64,000 nt of DNA from an uncultured Lachnospiraceae bacterium (GTDB lineage Bacteria; Bacillota; Clostridia; Oscillospirales; CAG-272). Of this stretch, positions 46,200 to 55,170 are shown one piece after another. Numbering within the stretch: the stretch's first letter is position 1; each line of letters begins with the position of its first letter. The stretch is taken from assembly GCA_964403505.1 (NCBI GenBank), contig CAYOFP010000004.1:33978-97977 (forward strand). The letters are read 5' to 3'. The notes below the pieces were generated by a model. That model was not told the DNA's origin, did not search any database, and saw only the letters and a program-made list of their open reading frames with translations. The translations under genes and the position numbers were made by a program.

Positions 46200-46615
46200 G
46201 ATATCTTCTCTATTCTTATACGGCGACTGTTTTCGCCCGTCTTTTCTATTTTTATTTCGTATCTCGGCGTGGGCAGGGCGTATCCTATATTCTCACTCCA
46301 CTCCACTGCCATGATACAGTCCGAATAATCGTAAAAACCGACCGAATACAGGTCGTCATCATCGGTTATTCTGTAAACGTCAAAATGGCAGAAATTATAC
46401 TCACCTCCATATTCGTTCACGATAGAATAACTCGGGCTCGACACCTGCGCATCCGGCGAAAGAATCGAGGCGAGTCCGCGAACAAATGCGGTCTTCCCTG
46501 CACCGAGGTCACCATACATAGCGAGAAACTCTCCGCCTGCAAGCCCCCGTGCAAAATCTCTTGCCATCGCCTCGGTCTCATCGGGCGTGTGCGTTTCTGC
46601 CTCCATTATAACCAT
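46196..46615 (-). CDS. tsaE: tRNA t6A biosynthesis ATPase TsaE
   Basis: 139-aa ORF with the P-loop GDLGAGKTAFVRG and the downstream SPSYSIVNEY. Confidence 0.85.
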   Translation of the reverse strand: MVIMEAETHTPDETEAMARDFARGLAGGEFLAMYGDLGAGKTAFVRGLASILSPDAQVSSPSYSIVNEYGGEYNFCHFDVYRITDDDDLYSVGFYDYSDCIMAVEWSENIGYALPTPRYEIKIEKTGENSRRIRIEKIS

Positions 46616-46656
46616 ATAAATTCCCCCTTAATATGACGAGCAGACACTATTATAAT

Positions 46657-47733
46657 TCATATATGACCGTTTGGCAAGTCTTTTTTATGATATTTCTCAT
46701 CACCCGTGAAATCGCCCGAAGAATAGGGCATAAGCAGTTCTATCGCCGTATCAAAATATTTTTCATTCACTCGGTATAACATGACCTTGCCGTCGGCCCG
46801 GGAAAGTATCATACCGGCTTTCAGCATAGCGGACAGGTGATGATATGCGGTCGAGCCGGAAAAGGCAAATTCGCTCTCAAGATCCTTTCGTGTGATCTCG
46901 CCTCGTTTCATAATAAACTCGAGAATATTCACCCTGTTCTTTTCTGCGAGCATTTCACCGAGGGTGTTTAGATCCTGTCCTGTTCGCTTGTCGGCAAAAA
47001 ATTCGAAGCTTTTCTTATATTTCGTACCGAGGATAATAAAGGCTTTTGTCTTCTTTTTAAACATACTCACATATACTAAATACTTATTCAAAAGACAAAA
47101 TGAACAGCTTATTTCAGCATCAGGGTCAAGCTCAAGCCGTTCGCACAGCGCCTTGCTCGTAGTATCCTCAGAGACGGTAATCGCTTTATGATAATTTTTA
47201 TTATAGTATTCCGACAGTGCGATCTCCTTCAGCGACAGCTCATAAGTCAGCAGGTCGATATAACTGTCGGGATTTATGAAAAATTCATAGAGTCTGCTCT
47301 TTTCCTCGCCGGAATAATTTGAAGACTTGATATAATCAAAAACGACGGCGTCCTGCTCCATACATGTTTCTATTTCAGTTTCCTTTAGAGCGGAGAAATA
47401 ATGCCTTATCATATTACGCTTCAAATTCTCTTTGTTTTGCAGCTCTGAAATCAAAAATCCGAAATCGTATTCATTTTCAAATTTATCAAAATAAGGCTCG
47501 AAATAATGCCTGATGAGAAAAGAGTTTCCGAGCTCCCCTGTGTGAAAGAAAATATAAAGGTCGTCTGCGACCTCGCCGAACTGCTCGGGAAAGCGGTCTA
47601 TGCTCTGCTTCACATCATCAAACAATTCTGCACTCACATCCGAAAGAAATAAATCGGAATTGAATTTAACAAAGAAAATAAACATCAAATCGTAAACATA
47701 TCCTGCGCTTCGGGAAAATCTTATTTTCTTCAT
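46657..47733 (-). CDS. ArsR-type winged-helix regulator with a large unassigned N-terminal domain
   Basis: The C-terminal ~90 aa (NRVNILEFIMKRGEITRKDLESEFAFSGSTAYHHLSAMLKAGMI) look ArsR/SmtB-like. The N-terminal ~260 aa match no family I recognise. The gene is visibly AT-rich. Confidence 0.5.
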   Translation of the reverse strand: MKKIRFSRSAGYVYDLMFIFFVKFNSDLFLSDVSAELFDDVKQSIDRFPEQFGEVADDLYIFFHTGELGNSFLIRHYFEPYFDKFENEYDFGFLISELQNKENLKRNMIRHYFSALKETEIETCMEQDAVVFDYIKSSNYSGEEKSRLYEFFINPDSYIDLLTYELSLKEIALSEYYNKNYHKAITVSEDTTSKALCERLELDPDAEISCSFCLLNKYLVYVSMFKKKTKAFIILGTKYKKSFEFFADKRTGQDLNTLGEMLAEKNRVNILEFIMKRGEITRKDLESEFAFSGSTAYHHLSAMLKAGMILSRADGKVMLYRVNEKYFDTAIELLMPYSSGDFTGDEKYHKKDLPNGHI

Positions 47734-47863
47734 TTTATAGCAATTCCTTTCTGATTTTTTATTATTTTACCACAAAAGAACAATTTCTTCAAGGCTGATA
47801 ATGTTAAAATCAATAATATCGCAAAAATTATTATTTTTCTTATAATAATTCAGAAAAAATATA

Positions 47864-47892
47864 TTGACAATTTTCAATGCGCATGATATCAT
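47864..47892 (+). promoter_or_regulatory. sigma-A-type promoter of the ABC exporter pair
   Basis: TTGACA (47864-47869), a 17-nt spacer, then TATCAT (47887-47892). Confidence 0.6.
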
Positions 47893-47946
47893 ATAAATGA
47901 AATAACAAATCGAGGGAAAAACTGAAAATACGTATAATATGAAACA

Positions 47947-48004
47947 AGCACACCCTCGGACGAATTCTCTCCTAATAATTGTCTCGGGCGGTGTGCTGTT
48001 TTTT
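47947..48004 (+). terminator. leader terminator/attenuator upstream of the ABC exporter pair
   Basis: AGCACACCCTCGGAC...GTCTCGGGCGGTGTGCT followed by GTTTTTT. It lies between the promoter and the ATG at 48032. CGAGGG (47911-47916) can pair with CCCTCG (47953-47958) as a possible antiterminator. Confidence 0.5.
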
Positions 48005-48031
48005 ATTTAATTAGCTGTTTTAGGAGTAATA

Positions 48032-49888
48032 ATGAAAAGGAACAAAAAAGAAAAAGCGCCAAAAGAAAAAAAGGAACGCCAATCCCTTAAAAAGATAATT
48101 TTAAATAATGCTTATATGCTGAGAATTTATCACAATACCGTGCCGAAAACCTTTTATTTGCGGTTTATCACCAGCATCATAAATTCGGCTGTCAACTTCC
48201 TTTCGGGAACATACCTGCTCAGACAGATATTAAATAATTATCAGAGCGGTGCTCCCCTCAAAAACACGGTAATTATGATAGCCGTTATCTTCGGCTTTCT
48301 GATCATATGGAATTATGTATGGAATTTCATATGGCTTTATGCCTACAATGTGGACGACTTCAAGCTTGAGCGGCATATGAAGAATATGATATATGATAAA
48401 ATATCCACGCTCGAGCTCGGTGCATATGAAAACACCGCCTTTTACGACCAATATGTCAAGGTGGCGGGCGACGCGCTGAACAGAGTGAGAGGTGTATTCA
48501 ATACATTTCAGGATACTGTATGGTACTTTACGTCGTTTTCTCTCAATGGCTTTCTTATTCTCTCGATCGACCCGTTTCTTGTCATATTTGCGATAATACC
48601 GCTCATAACGACATTCTTCTTATTGCGCTTCGACAACAAATATATGTTTGAATACAATATGAAAAATGCCGAGCTGGAACGGCAGCGTGATTATACGAGA
48701 CGCACATTTTACCTTTCCGACTTTGCAAAGGAGATGCGGCTTACCCATGCAGGCGACCTTATGCTCGGACGGTTTCAGCGCACGACCAAGATAATCCGTG
48801 ATTATATGGCAAAGAAACTGCCTCTGCACGCTTTTCTTAACCTGCTGAAGGATGAAATAGAGGGTCCGTTATGTGAATACGGCGCTATGATATACGCCGT
48901 CTACCGCACGCTCGTCACACACACCATGACATACGGCGACTGCGTGATCGTCATCGGCTCGATATCTTTTCTTACATATATTCTCAGCGATTTTGCGAAA
49001 AAGACGACCGACTATCAGTCGCATTCGCTGTATGTCGAGAACCTGCGCAAGTTCCTCGCATATGAGCCAAAGGTACAGGGCGGAGAAGAAAGCACGCCCG
49101 AAGAATGCGCCGACCTCATTTTTCACGATGTTCACTTCCGCTACGACGGCCAGGAAGAGGACACCATATGCGGAATCGATATCCGTCTGGGAGCAGGCGA
49201 GAAGATCGCCCTCGTCGGTCACAACGGCGCAGGCAAGACGACGATCGCCAAGCTGATGCTCCGCCTCTATGACCCGACGGGCGGAAAGATAACATACGGC
49301 GGACGTGATATAAAGGAATATAAATTAGAAAACGAAGGCGGATACCGTGAGCGCTTCGCCGTGGTATTCCAGGATTTCAAGCTGTTTGCGATGTCTGTCG
49401 CCGACAATATCATCCTACGCAAGCGCCGTGACGGCGACGACGCCCTGATTTCCGATGCGATGAAGGCAAGCGGTATCGATAAAAAGGTCGAGACCCTGCC
49501 CCAAAAGGAAAACACCCTGCTCACACGTGAATTTGACGACAACGGAACAGTACTCTCGGGCGGCGAAGGACAGAAGGTGGCAATCTCACGCTCCTTTGTA
49601 AAGGACGCTCAGGTCGTCATACTCGACGAGCCGTCGAGCGCCCTCGACCCTATCGCCGAATACAGGATGTATGAAAACATGATGAAGGCCTGCGAGAACA
49701 AAAGCGTGGTATTCATCTCTCACCGTCTCTCGAGTGCTACCCTCGCCGACAGGATCTATCTGCTCGAGGGCGGAAAGGTCATCGAGCAGGGCTCGCACAG
49801 CGCCCTGATGGCAATGAACGGAAAATACGCAGAGATGTTCCGCATTCAGGCAGAAAATTACTTAAGTGAAAGCGAGGAGGAAGAATGA
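48032..49888 (+). CDS. ABC exporter half-transporter (TMD-NBD)
   Basis: 618-aa ORF with a Lys-rich N-terminus, 6 TM helices, Walker A GHNGAGKTT, LSGGEGQK and VVILDEPSS. Confidence 0.9.
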   Translation: MKRNKKEKAPKEKKERQSLKKIILNNAYMLRIYHNTVPKTFYLRFITSIINSAVNFLSGTYLLRQILNNYQSGAPLKNTVIMIAVIFGFLIIWNYVWNFIWLYAYNVDDFKLERHMKNMIYDKISTLELGAYENTAFYDQYVKVAGDALNRVRGVFNTFQDTVWYFTSFSLNGFLILSIDPFLVIFAIIPLITTFFLLRFDNKYMFEYNMKNAELERQRDYTRRTFYLSDFAKEMRLTHAGDLMLGRFQRTTKIIRDYMAKKLPLHAFLNLLKDEIEGPLCEYGAMIYAVYRTLVTHTMTYGDCVIVIGSISFLTYILSDFAKKTTDYQSHSLYVENLRKFLAYEPKVQGGEESTPEECADLIFHDVHFRYDGQEEDTICGIDIRLGAGEKIALVGHNGAGKTTIAKLMLRLYDPTGGKITYGGRDIKEYKLENEGGYRERFAVVFQDFKLFAMSVADNIILRKRRDGDDALISDAMKASGIDKKVETLPQKENTLLTREFDDNGTVLSGGEGQKVAISRSFVKDAQVVILDEPSSALDPIAEYRMYENMMKACENKSVVFISHRLSSATLADRIYLLEGGKVIEQGSHSALMAMNGKYAEMFRIQAENYLSESEEEE

Positions 49889-51705
49889 AAAAAGATAAAA
49901 AAGAAAAGAAACAGCGAAAAAGTCTGAAACAGCATTTTTCCGACCTCGGAAACTGCATATTTATGCTACGGCAGGTCGCAAAATACTCGCCCGAATTCCT
50001 GTTTCTTACACTGTTAGAGCGTGCGATCTACGGCATATCACACGGCCTTCTGAGCGCCGTAATGATAAAGATACTTTATGACCGTCTGGAGGCGGGAATA
50101 TCATTTTGGAATGTAGCGTCTGTTATCCTGATCATGATACTCATCGCCACATTACGGAGTCTCTACAGCCATATGTACGGCTGGAGCCTGAAGCAACGTC
50201 TGCGCATAAAGGTGCACAGGGGAATGCACGGCGCTCTTTACAAAAAAGCGCATTCGCTCGATATGTCGTGTTATGACGACCCGAAATTCTATAATGATTT
50301 CGTATGGGCGCTGAACGACTCGGATGCACGGGCTATGGCGATCGTCGAGGATATAGGCTCGATCATACAGCAGATGATTACATCCTTCATGACGCTCGGC
50401 GTAATGCTCTCGATCGACCCGATCATCGTCGTCATCTCCCTTATCAACGCCATCGTAAATACATATATTAATATTTTCTTTTCCAAGCTGTCAAAAAAGC
50501 AAAATGAGGAGGCAATTCCCCACAACAGGGAAACGGACTATGTCGACCGTGCCATGACCCTGCCCGACTATGCAAAAGAGATGCGCATAGGGCACGCTCC
50601 CGAGCTTGTCCGTGAGCAATACGAGCGCTCTGTCAGCGAGAGAATAAAAATATCCTTAAAATACGGCAGAAAGCGCTTTGCCGCATGGTTCTTCTCCGAC
50701 TTTTTCTATTCGGGATCACAGGGAGCGATATACATATATCTCGTATGGCGGCTCTTCACGGGCAGGATATCGCTCGGCGGATATGCTGCGGCGTCGACCT
50801 CGATATGGAATCTTTTCTATGGTTTTTCCAATATATCAAGACAATATACGACCTTTATCGAGCACGGCATGTTTGCGGAAAAATACCGCACCTTCATCTC
50901 ATATGAGCCGAAGATCGTGAGCGGAGAGGAAAGCGTACCGCAAATTGATGAGATCTCGTTTAAGAATGTCACTTTCCGCTATCCCGAAACGGAAACAGAC
51001 AGTCTGAAAAATATCAACTTCTCAATTAAAAAGGGCGAAAAGGTCGCTATCGTCGGTTGCAACGGCGCAGGCAAAACGACGCTTATTAAACTGCTTTTGC
51101 GCTTATACGACCCGTCGGACGGAGAGATCGACATAAACGGCATCGACATCCGCTCCCTCTCGCTCGAGGATTATCGTGATAAATACGGAACGGTATTTCA
51201 GGATTTCCAGATTTTTGCCGCAACCATAGCCGAAAATGTCATAGCAGGTGAATACACCGAGGATATGGAGGAACGGGTCCTCACAGCGCTGAAGCAAAGC
51301 ACGTTTGACGATAAACTCGCAACGCTGAAAGACGGAATAAACACTCCCCTCACCCGTGAATTTGACGATAACGGCGTCAACCTCTCGGGCGGAGAAGCGC
51401 AGAAGATCGCTATAGCGAGGGTCTTTGCCCATAACGGCGAGGTCATCGTCATGGACGAACCATCCAGCGCCCTCGACCCGATGAGCGAATACCGCCTCAA
51501 TCAGACGATCCTCTCATACGCAAAGGACAAGACCGTCATATTCATCTCCCACCGCCTCTCTACCACACGCATGGCAGACCGTATCCTCATGTTCGCCGAC
51601 GGCGAGCTGATCGAGGACGGCTCTCACGAAGAGCTCATGCGCTTAGATGGCAAATACGCCGAGATGTTCAATATGCAAGCGGAAAAATATACTTCCAAGA
51701 CATAA
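49885..51705 (+). CDS. ABC exporter half-transporter (TMD-NBD), heterodimer partner
   Basis: 606-aa ORF with Walker A GCNGAGKTT, LSGGEAQK and VIVMDEPSS. 4-nt overlap with the upstream gene. Confidence 0.9.
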   Translation: MKKDKKEKKQRKSLKQHFSDLGNCIFMLRQVAKYSPEFLFLTLLERAIYGISHGLLSAVMIKILYDRLEAGISFWNVASVILIMILIATLRSLYSHMYGWSLKQRLRIKVHRGMHGALYKKAHSLDMSCYDDPKFYNDFVWALNDSDARAMAIVEDIGSIIQQMITSFMTLGVMLSIDPIIVVISLINAIVNTYINIFFSKLSKKQNEEAIPHNRETDYVDRAMTLPDYAKEMRIGHAPELVREQYERSVSERIKISLKYGRKRFAAWFFSDFFYSGSQGAIYIYLVWRLFTGRISLGGYAAASTSIWNLFYGFSNISRQYTTFIEHGMFAEKYRTFISYEPKIVSGEESVPQIDEISFKNVTFRYPETETDSLKNINFSIKKGEKVAIVGCNGAGKTTLIKLLLRLYDPSDGEIDINGIDIRSLSLEDYRDKYGTVFQDFQIFAATIAENVIAGEYTEDMEERVLTALKQSTFDDKLATLKDGINTPLTREFDDNGVNLSGGEAQKIAIARVFAHNGEVIVMDEPSSALDPMSEYRLNQTILSYAKDKTVIFISHRLSTTRMADRILMFADGELIEDGSHEELMRLDGKYAEMFNMQAEKYTSKT

Positions 51706-51711
51706 AATTTT

Positions 51712-51746
51712 GCAGGGGGAGCTTTTTGAAAAAAAGCTCCCCCTGC
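51712..51746 (+). terminator. intrinsic terminator
   Basis: GCAGGGGGAGCTTTTTgaaAAAAAGCTCCCCCTGC. Confidence 0.8.
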
Positions 51747-51899
51747 ACCCCTTCAAAAACTTTCAATAGGCGCAAGACCCGTCTTGCGCAGGGAAGTCAC
51801 TTACGAAGAGATATAACGTAACTAAAAGTTTTTGCGTCGATTTTTTCGGGCAAGCGACCGGCTTCAAAGGGCAGTTCTGCCCTTTGTTTTATCAATATT

Positions 51900-52157
51900 T
51901 CAACCTTTTAATCCTTTTGTTTGACGCTCCATATCCTCAACTACAATATCATATATCTCGCCGAGGGCAGCGCAATATTCGAGAATTTTCCACGGCTCGT
52001 TTGTATGATAATGCAATTTTATCGTATTTTCATCGCCGAACACAAGCAGGCTGTCGCCTATGAAATTTTCTTTTATATATTCATTTATAACATCTTCATC
52101 AAGATTTTTTCCGTCTATAAGAAGCTGTGTGTCATATCGGTATTCAAGCATTTTCAA
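51900..52157 (-). CDS. small stand-alone protein resembling the C-terminal module of DAK2/YloV/FakA-type proteins
   Basis: 85-aa ORF. GDSLLVFGDENTIKLHYHTNEPWKILEYCAALGEIYDIVVEDMERQ matches the GDSL-V...KVHVHT..P...G.L....ENM..Q pattern as I remember it. It overlaps the mtnN stop by 14 nt. Confidence 0.4.
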   Translation of the reverse strand: MKMLEYRYDTQLLIDGKNLDEDVINEYIKENFIGDSLLVFGDENTIKLHYHTNEPWKILEYCAALGEIYDIVVEDMERQTKGLKG

Positions 52158-52830
52158 AATACTCCTTTATGATCTCGGCGTTATGATCCGACGCTTTGGC
52201 GCAGAATGTGGGAAAATCCACGGGTGAATCATCATTCGCCCCATCGGATATCGCACGGAGCACGCAAAACGGCACGGAATTCACATAGCACACATGGCCG
52301 ATCGCCGCACCCTCCATTTCGCAGACCGACGCACCGAAAGTTTTTATGATATCGTCCTTTTTCTCTTTGCTCGCAACAAATTGGTCGCCTGAAGCGACAA
52401 TTCCGCCTTTCACCGCAATACCGGCGTCACAGGATGCTCTGTAAAGCCTCTTTTGTATCCCATCATCGCATTTTATATAGGTGATATTTATTCCCGATAT
52501 CATTCCTCGCTCGTCGCCGAGGGAAGAGGTATCCATATCGTGCTGACATACGCTCTCGGCTATTACCGTATCAAAAATTTTCAGCGTTTTGTCAAGCGCA
52601 CCTCCCACGCCGGTATTTATTATCTCGTCGGGTGAGTACCGTAATATCATCGCCTCGGTGCACAGTGCGGCAAAAACCTTGCCCACACCGCAGGTGGCAA
52701 CGACGACATCCCGACCGCCAATCTTTCCTTTCGTGAAGACTATACCGCTGACGGTCTCACTTTGCTTTTCGCTCATCATGCCGATGAGCTTTTGCGTTTC
52801 CACGCTCATTGCGCCTATAATACCTGTCAT
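52144..52830 (-). CDS. mtnN: 5'-methylthioadenosine/S-adenosylhomocysteine nucleosidase
   Basis: 228-aa ORF with IIGAMSVE, CGVGKV and EMEGAAIGHVC. Confidence 0.9.
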   Translation of the reverse strand: MTGIIGAMSVETQKLIGMMSEKQSETVSGIVFTKGKIGGRDVVVATCGVGKVFAALCTEAMILRYSPDEIINTGVGGALDKTLKIFDTVIAESVCQHDMDTSSLGDERGMISGINITYIKCDDGIQKRLYRASCDAGIAVKGGIVASGDQFVASKEKKDDIIKTFGASVCEMEGAAIGHVCYVNSVPFCVLRAISDGANDDSPVDFPTFCAKASDHNAEIIKEYFENA

Positions 52831-53288
52831 TTCCCCTCCGGATATTCAAAATTCTCACCACGTGCCTTGATTGCGGCGAGGTAGGTTTCACATTCTGCTT
52901 TTGCACAGCCGAGGTCAAGATTCTTATAATTCCCGCATTCTTTGCAGCTTGCGCCGAAGACCTCACCGTCATGCGCAAGGATCTTTTCGAGCGTTTCACA
53001 CACCGTCCTGTATACGACACCCGGTTCAAGATCACGGGTAAGCAGGTAAAAGCCGGTCTGGCATCCCATAGGACCGAAATATATGACATTATCCGATATC
53101 CCCGAGTTCCTGATATAAGTTGCGAACATATGCTCGACCGAGTGCATGGTAATATGATCCATATAATCACCCGCATTCGGCACTCTTGTGCGCATATCGA
53201 ACGTCGTAATATCCCCGTCGATCCGTGATATATAAAAACCAGGCACGATATAATCGTGATCTATCGTAAACGATGTTATCTTATTCAT
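52827..53288 (-). CDS. luxS: S-ribosylhomocysteine lyase
   Basis: MNKITSFTIDHD..., the HSVEH metal motif and GCQTGFY. Start set at the ATG at 53286-53288; the track ORF extends to 53354. Confidence 0.9.
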   Translation of the reverse strand: MNKITSFTIDHDYIVPGFYISRIDGDITTFDMRTRVPNAGDYMDHITMHSVEHMFATYIRNSGISDNVIYFGPMGCQTGFYLLTRDLEPGVVYRTVCETLEKILAHDGEVFGASCKECGNYKNLDLGCAKAECETYLAAIKARGENFEYPEGK

Positions 53289-53372
53289 CTCTCTATTTTC
53301 CTTTACCTTGTGATACACCATGTAAATTTTAACACATATACGGGCTTCGGTCAAGTAAAAGCATATTTTTTA

Positions 53373-53402
53373 TTGACAGAACGCCCCCGGACGTGGTATA
53401 AT
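53373..53402 (+). promoter_or_regulatory. sigma-A-type promoter for tRNA-Gln
   Basis: TTGACA (53373-53378), an 18-nt spacer, then an extended -10 TGgTATAAT (53394-53402). Confidence 0.65.
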
Positions 53403-53419
53403 ATCAAGGCATAAAAAAT

Positions 53420-53495
53420 AGGGGTATCGCCAAGCGGTAAGGCACAGGATTTTGATTCCTGCATCTCGCTGGTTCGAATCCAGCTACCCCTGCCA
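53420..53495 (+). tRNA. tRNA-Gln (TTG)
   Basis: AGGGGTATCGCCAAGCGGTAAGGCACAGGATTTTGATTCCTG...TACCCCTGCCA. The anticodon loop is TTTTGAT. It resembles canonical tRNA-Gln. Confidence 0.9.
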
Positions 53496-53501
53496 TAGAA
53501 C

Positions 53502-53538
53502 GCACATCCGAACATCCAATGTTCGGATGTCGTGCTTT
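53502..53538 (+). terminator. intrinsic terminator after tRNA-Gln
   Basis: GCACATCCGAACAtccaaTGTTCGGATGTcGTGCTTT. Confidence 0.65.
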
Positions 53539-53585
53539 ATATTCCACCATAATGGGGTCAACTCCACATAATCTGTCAGAAAATC

Positions 53586-54035
53586 ATGGGCATAAAAATG
53601 ATTACTCTAAAACCGATAACTGCCGAACAAATGAATATTTTCGAGGGCTCTTCATATGAGGTAATGTCCGATAATGAAAAAAGCCAGATGATTGCCGAAA
53701 GCAACGCTCTGCTGCACAACGGTAATTATTTTGAATTACTTGTAGTTTATTTAGACAATACGGTCATTGGATTTATGAATCTGTATGCTCATTCCGCTCA
53801 TATAATCAGTTGCGGTCCGGAAATCAAACCGGAATTTCAAAGAAAGGGTTATGCTTTCAAAGCGGAAAAAGCAACGCTTGATTATGCGAAAGAAAAAGGT
53901 TTTCGTATCGCTGTCGGATATGTTAACGAGAATAATATTGCGAGTCAAAAACTGCACGAAAAACTTGGTTTTGAACTTGATAATACATATGTAAAAAAGA
54001 ACGGAACAGCAAGACTCTATATCAAAGCATTATAA
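53586..54035 (+). CDS. GNAT-family N-acetyltransferase
   Basis: 149-aa ORF. The acetyl-CoA-binding-like segment is QRKGYAFKAEKATLDYAKEKGF, and the C-terminal segment is NNIASQKLHEKLGF. The gene is AT-rich. Confidence 0.75.
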   Translation: MGIKMITLKPITAEQMNIFEGSSYEVMSDNEKSQMIAESNALLHNGNYFELLVVYLDNTVIGFMNLYAHSAHIISCGPEIKPEFQRKGYAFKAEKATLDYAKEKGFRIAVGYVNENNIASQKLHEKLGFELDNTYVKKNGTARLYIKAL

Positions 54036-54089
54036 TTAAAGATTTTGATATATCGAAATTTAATAGTGCGTACTTTTTAATGATATAGT

Positions 54090-54123
54090 AAAACACCCGA
54101 ACGCATCAGCGTTCGGGTGTTTT
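54090..54123. terminator. bidirectional intrinsic terminator
   Basis: AAAACACCCGAACGCatcaGCGTTCGGGTGTTTT lies between the GNAT gene and the convergent tRNA-Val. Confidence 0.8.
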
Positions 54124-54198
54124 GGTGAAGATGATTGGACTTGAACCAACGACCCCTTGCATGTCAAGCAAGTGCTCTGCCAACTGAGCTACACCTTC
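54123..54198 (-). tRNA. tRNA-Val (GAC)
   Basis: The reverse complement is GAAGGTGTAGCTCAGTTGGCAGAGCACTTGCTTGACATGCAAGGGGTCGTTGGTTCAAGTCCAATCATCTTCACCA, with anticodon loop TTGACAT. Confidence 0.85.
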
Positions 54199-54215
54199 AT
54201 TACTCGCATATTATA

Positions 54216-55106
54216 TCACACACTTTCACTTTTTGCAAGCCTTAAATTCAAAATAAGTATAGATAAAATTACAAATGCCATTCCGAGCACACCTGTGACC
54301 CCGGGATTCTCCCCGAAAAAGGCAAAACCGAGCAATGCTGCAACTACCGGCTCGACCGTTGATACGATCGATGCCACCGTCGCATTATTATAAGCCATAC
54401 CCTTCGTATACAAGAGATACGGGAAAACCGTCACCCATACCGAAAACATTATGACGATCGGGATATTCATCCCGCTTTGAGCGAAAAGCGGAAGCGTATC
54501 GGGCAGATCCGCACAGGATACTGCCGCCACCGCTGCGAAAACAAAAGTATAAAACGTTATTGTCAGCGTCGTATATCCCTTATTCAATGCGATCGTGCCG
54601 AATATCGAGTAAAGCGCATATCCGAGGCCCGAGCCGAGACCGAGCAGAAGTCCCATAAGCGATATCCGCACCTCTCCGCCAAAGGAAACGAGCGCACATC
54701 CGCAGAGCGCAAAGAGGAGCGCTATTCCCTTTTTGGCACTGATCTTCTCACCGAAAATAAGCAAGGACATGATCATGACAAAAACAGGAGATGTATAAAG
54801 CAGGATCGCCGCAACGGCAAGCGAATTACTCCCGATCGAGAGCATATAACAGACATTGAAGGCAAAAAAGCTGACGATTCCCGAGCCGATAAAGATCCAT
54901 ATATCGCATATCTTTATCTTAAAGAGGCTCTTATCCGTAAAAAGAATGATCAGTGCAAGCACGACGGCGGTAGTCAGCGCACGGTAAAAAATCAGCGACA
55001 GCGAGGAAAAACCGAGAGGCGCTATTTTGCGTGTCAGAAACCCTATGGTGCCCCACATGGACGCCGCCGCAAGTATCATTACCGTTCCGAGTGTCTGTTT
55101 TTTCAT
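54216..55106 (-). CDS. EamA/DMT-superfamily transporter
   Basis: 296-aa ORF with 10 predicted TM segments in two EamA-like halves. Confidence 0.8.
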   Translation of the reverse strand: MKKQTLGTVMILAAASMWGTIGFLTRKIAPLGFSSLSLIFYRALTTAVVLALIILFTDKSLFKIKICDIWIFIGSGIVSFFAFNVCYMLSIGSNSLAVAAILLYTSPVFVMIMSLLIFGEKISAKKGIALLFALCGCALVSFGGEVRISLMGLLLGLGSGLGYALYSIFGTIALNKGYTTLTITFYTFVFAAVAAVSCADLPDTLPLFAQSGMNIPIVIMFSVWVTVFPYLLYTKGMAYNNATVASIVSTVEPVVAALLGFAFFGENPGVTGVLGMAFVILSILILNLRLAKSESV

Positions 55107-55170
55107 GATTTATCTCCCTGATATAAAAGTCCAATCAATTATACTACAAATAAACCCAAAATTCAACATT

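Noticed and set aside
47898-48010. Leader peptides in the ABC exporter leader (MK-stop at 47898; 23-codon ORF from 47939)
   Set aside because: No Shine-Dalgarno sequence lies within a plausible distance of either ATG. They are mentioned only as a possibility under the attenuator finding.
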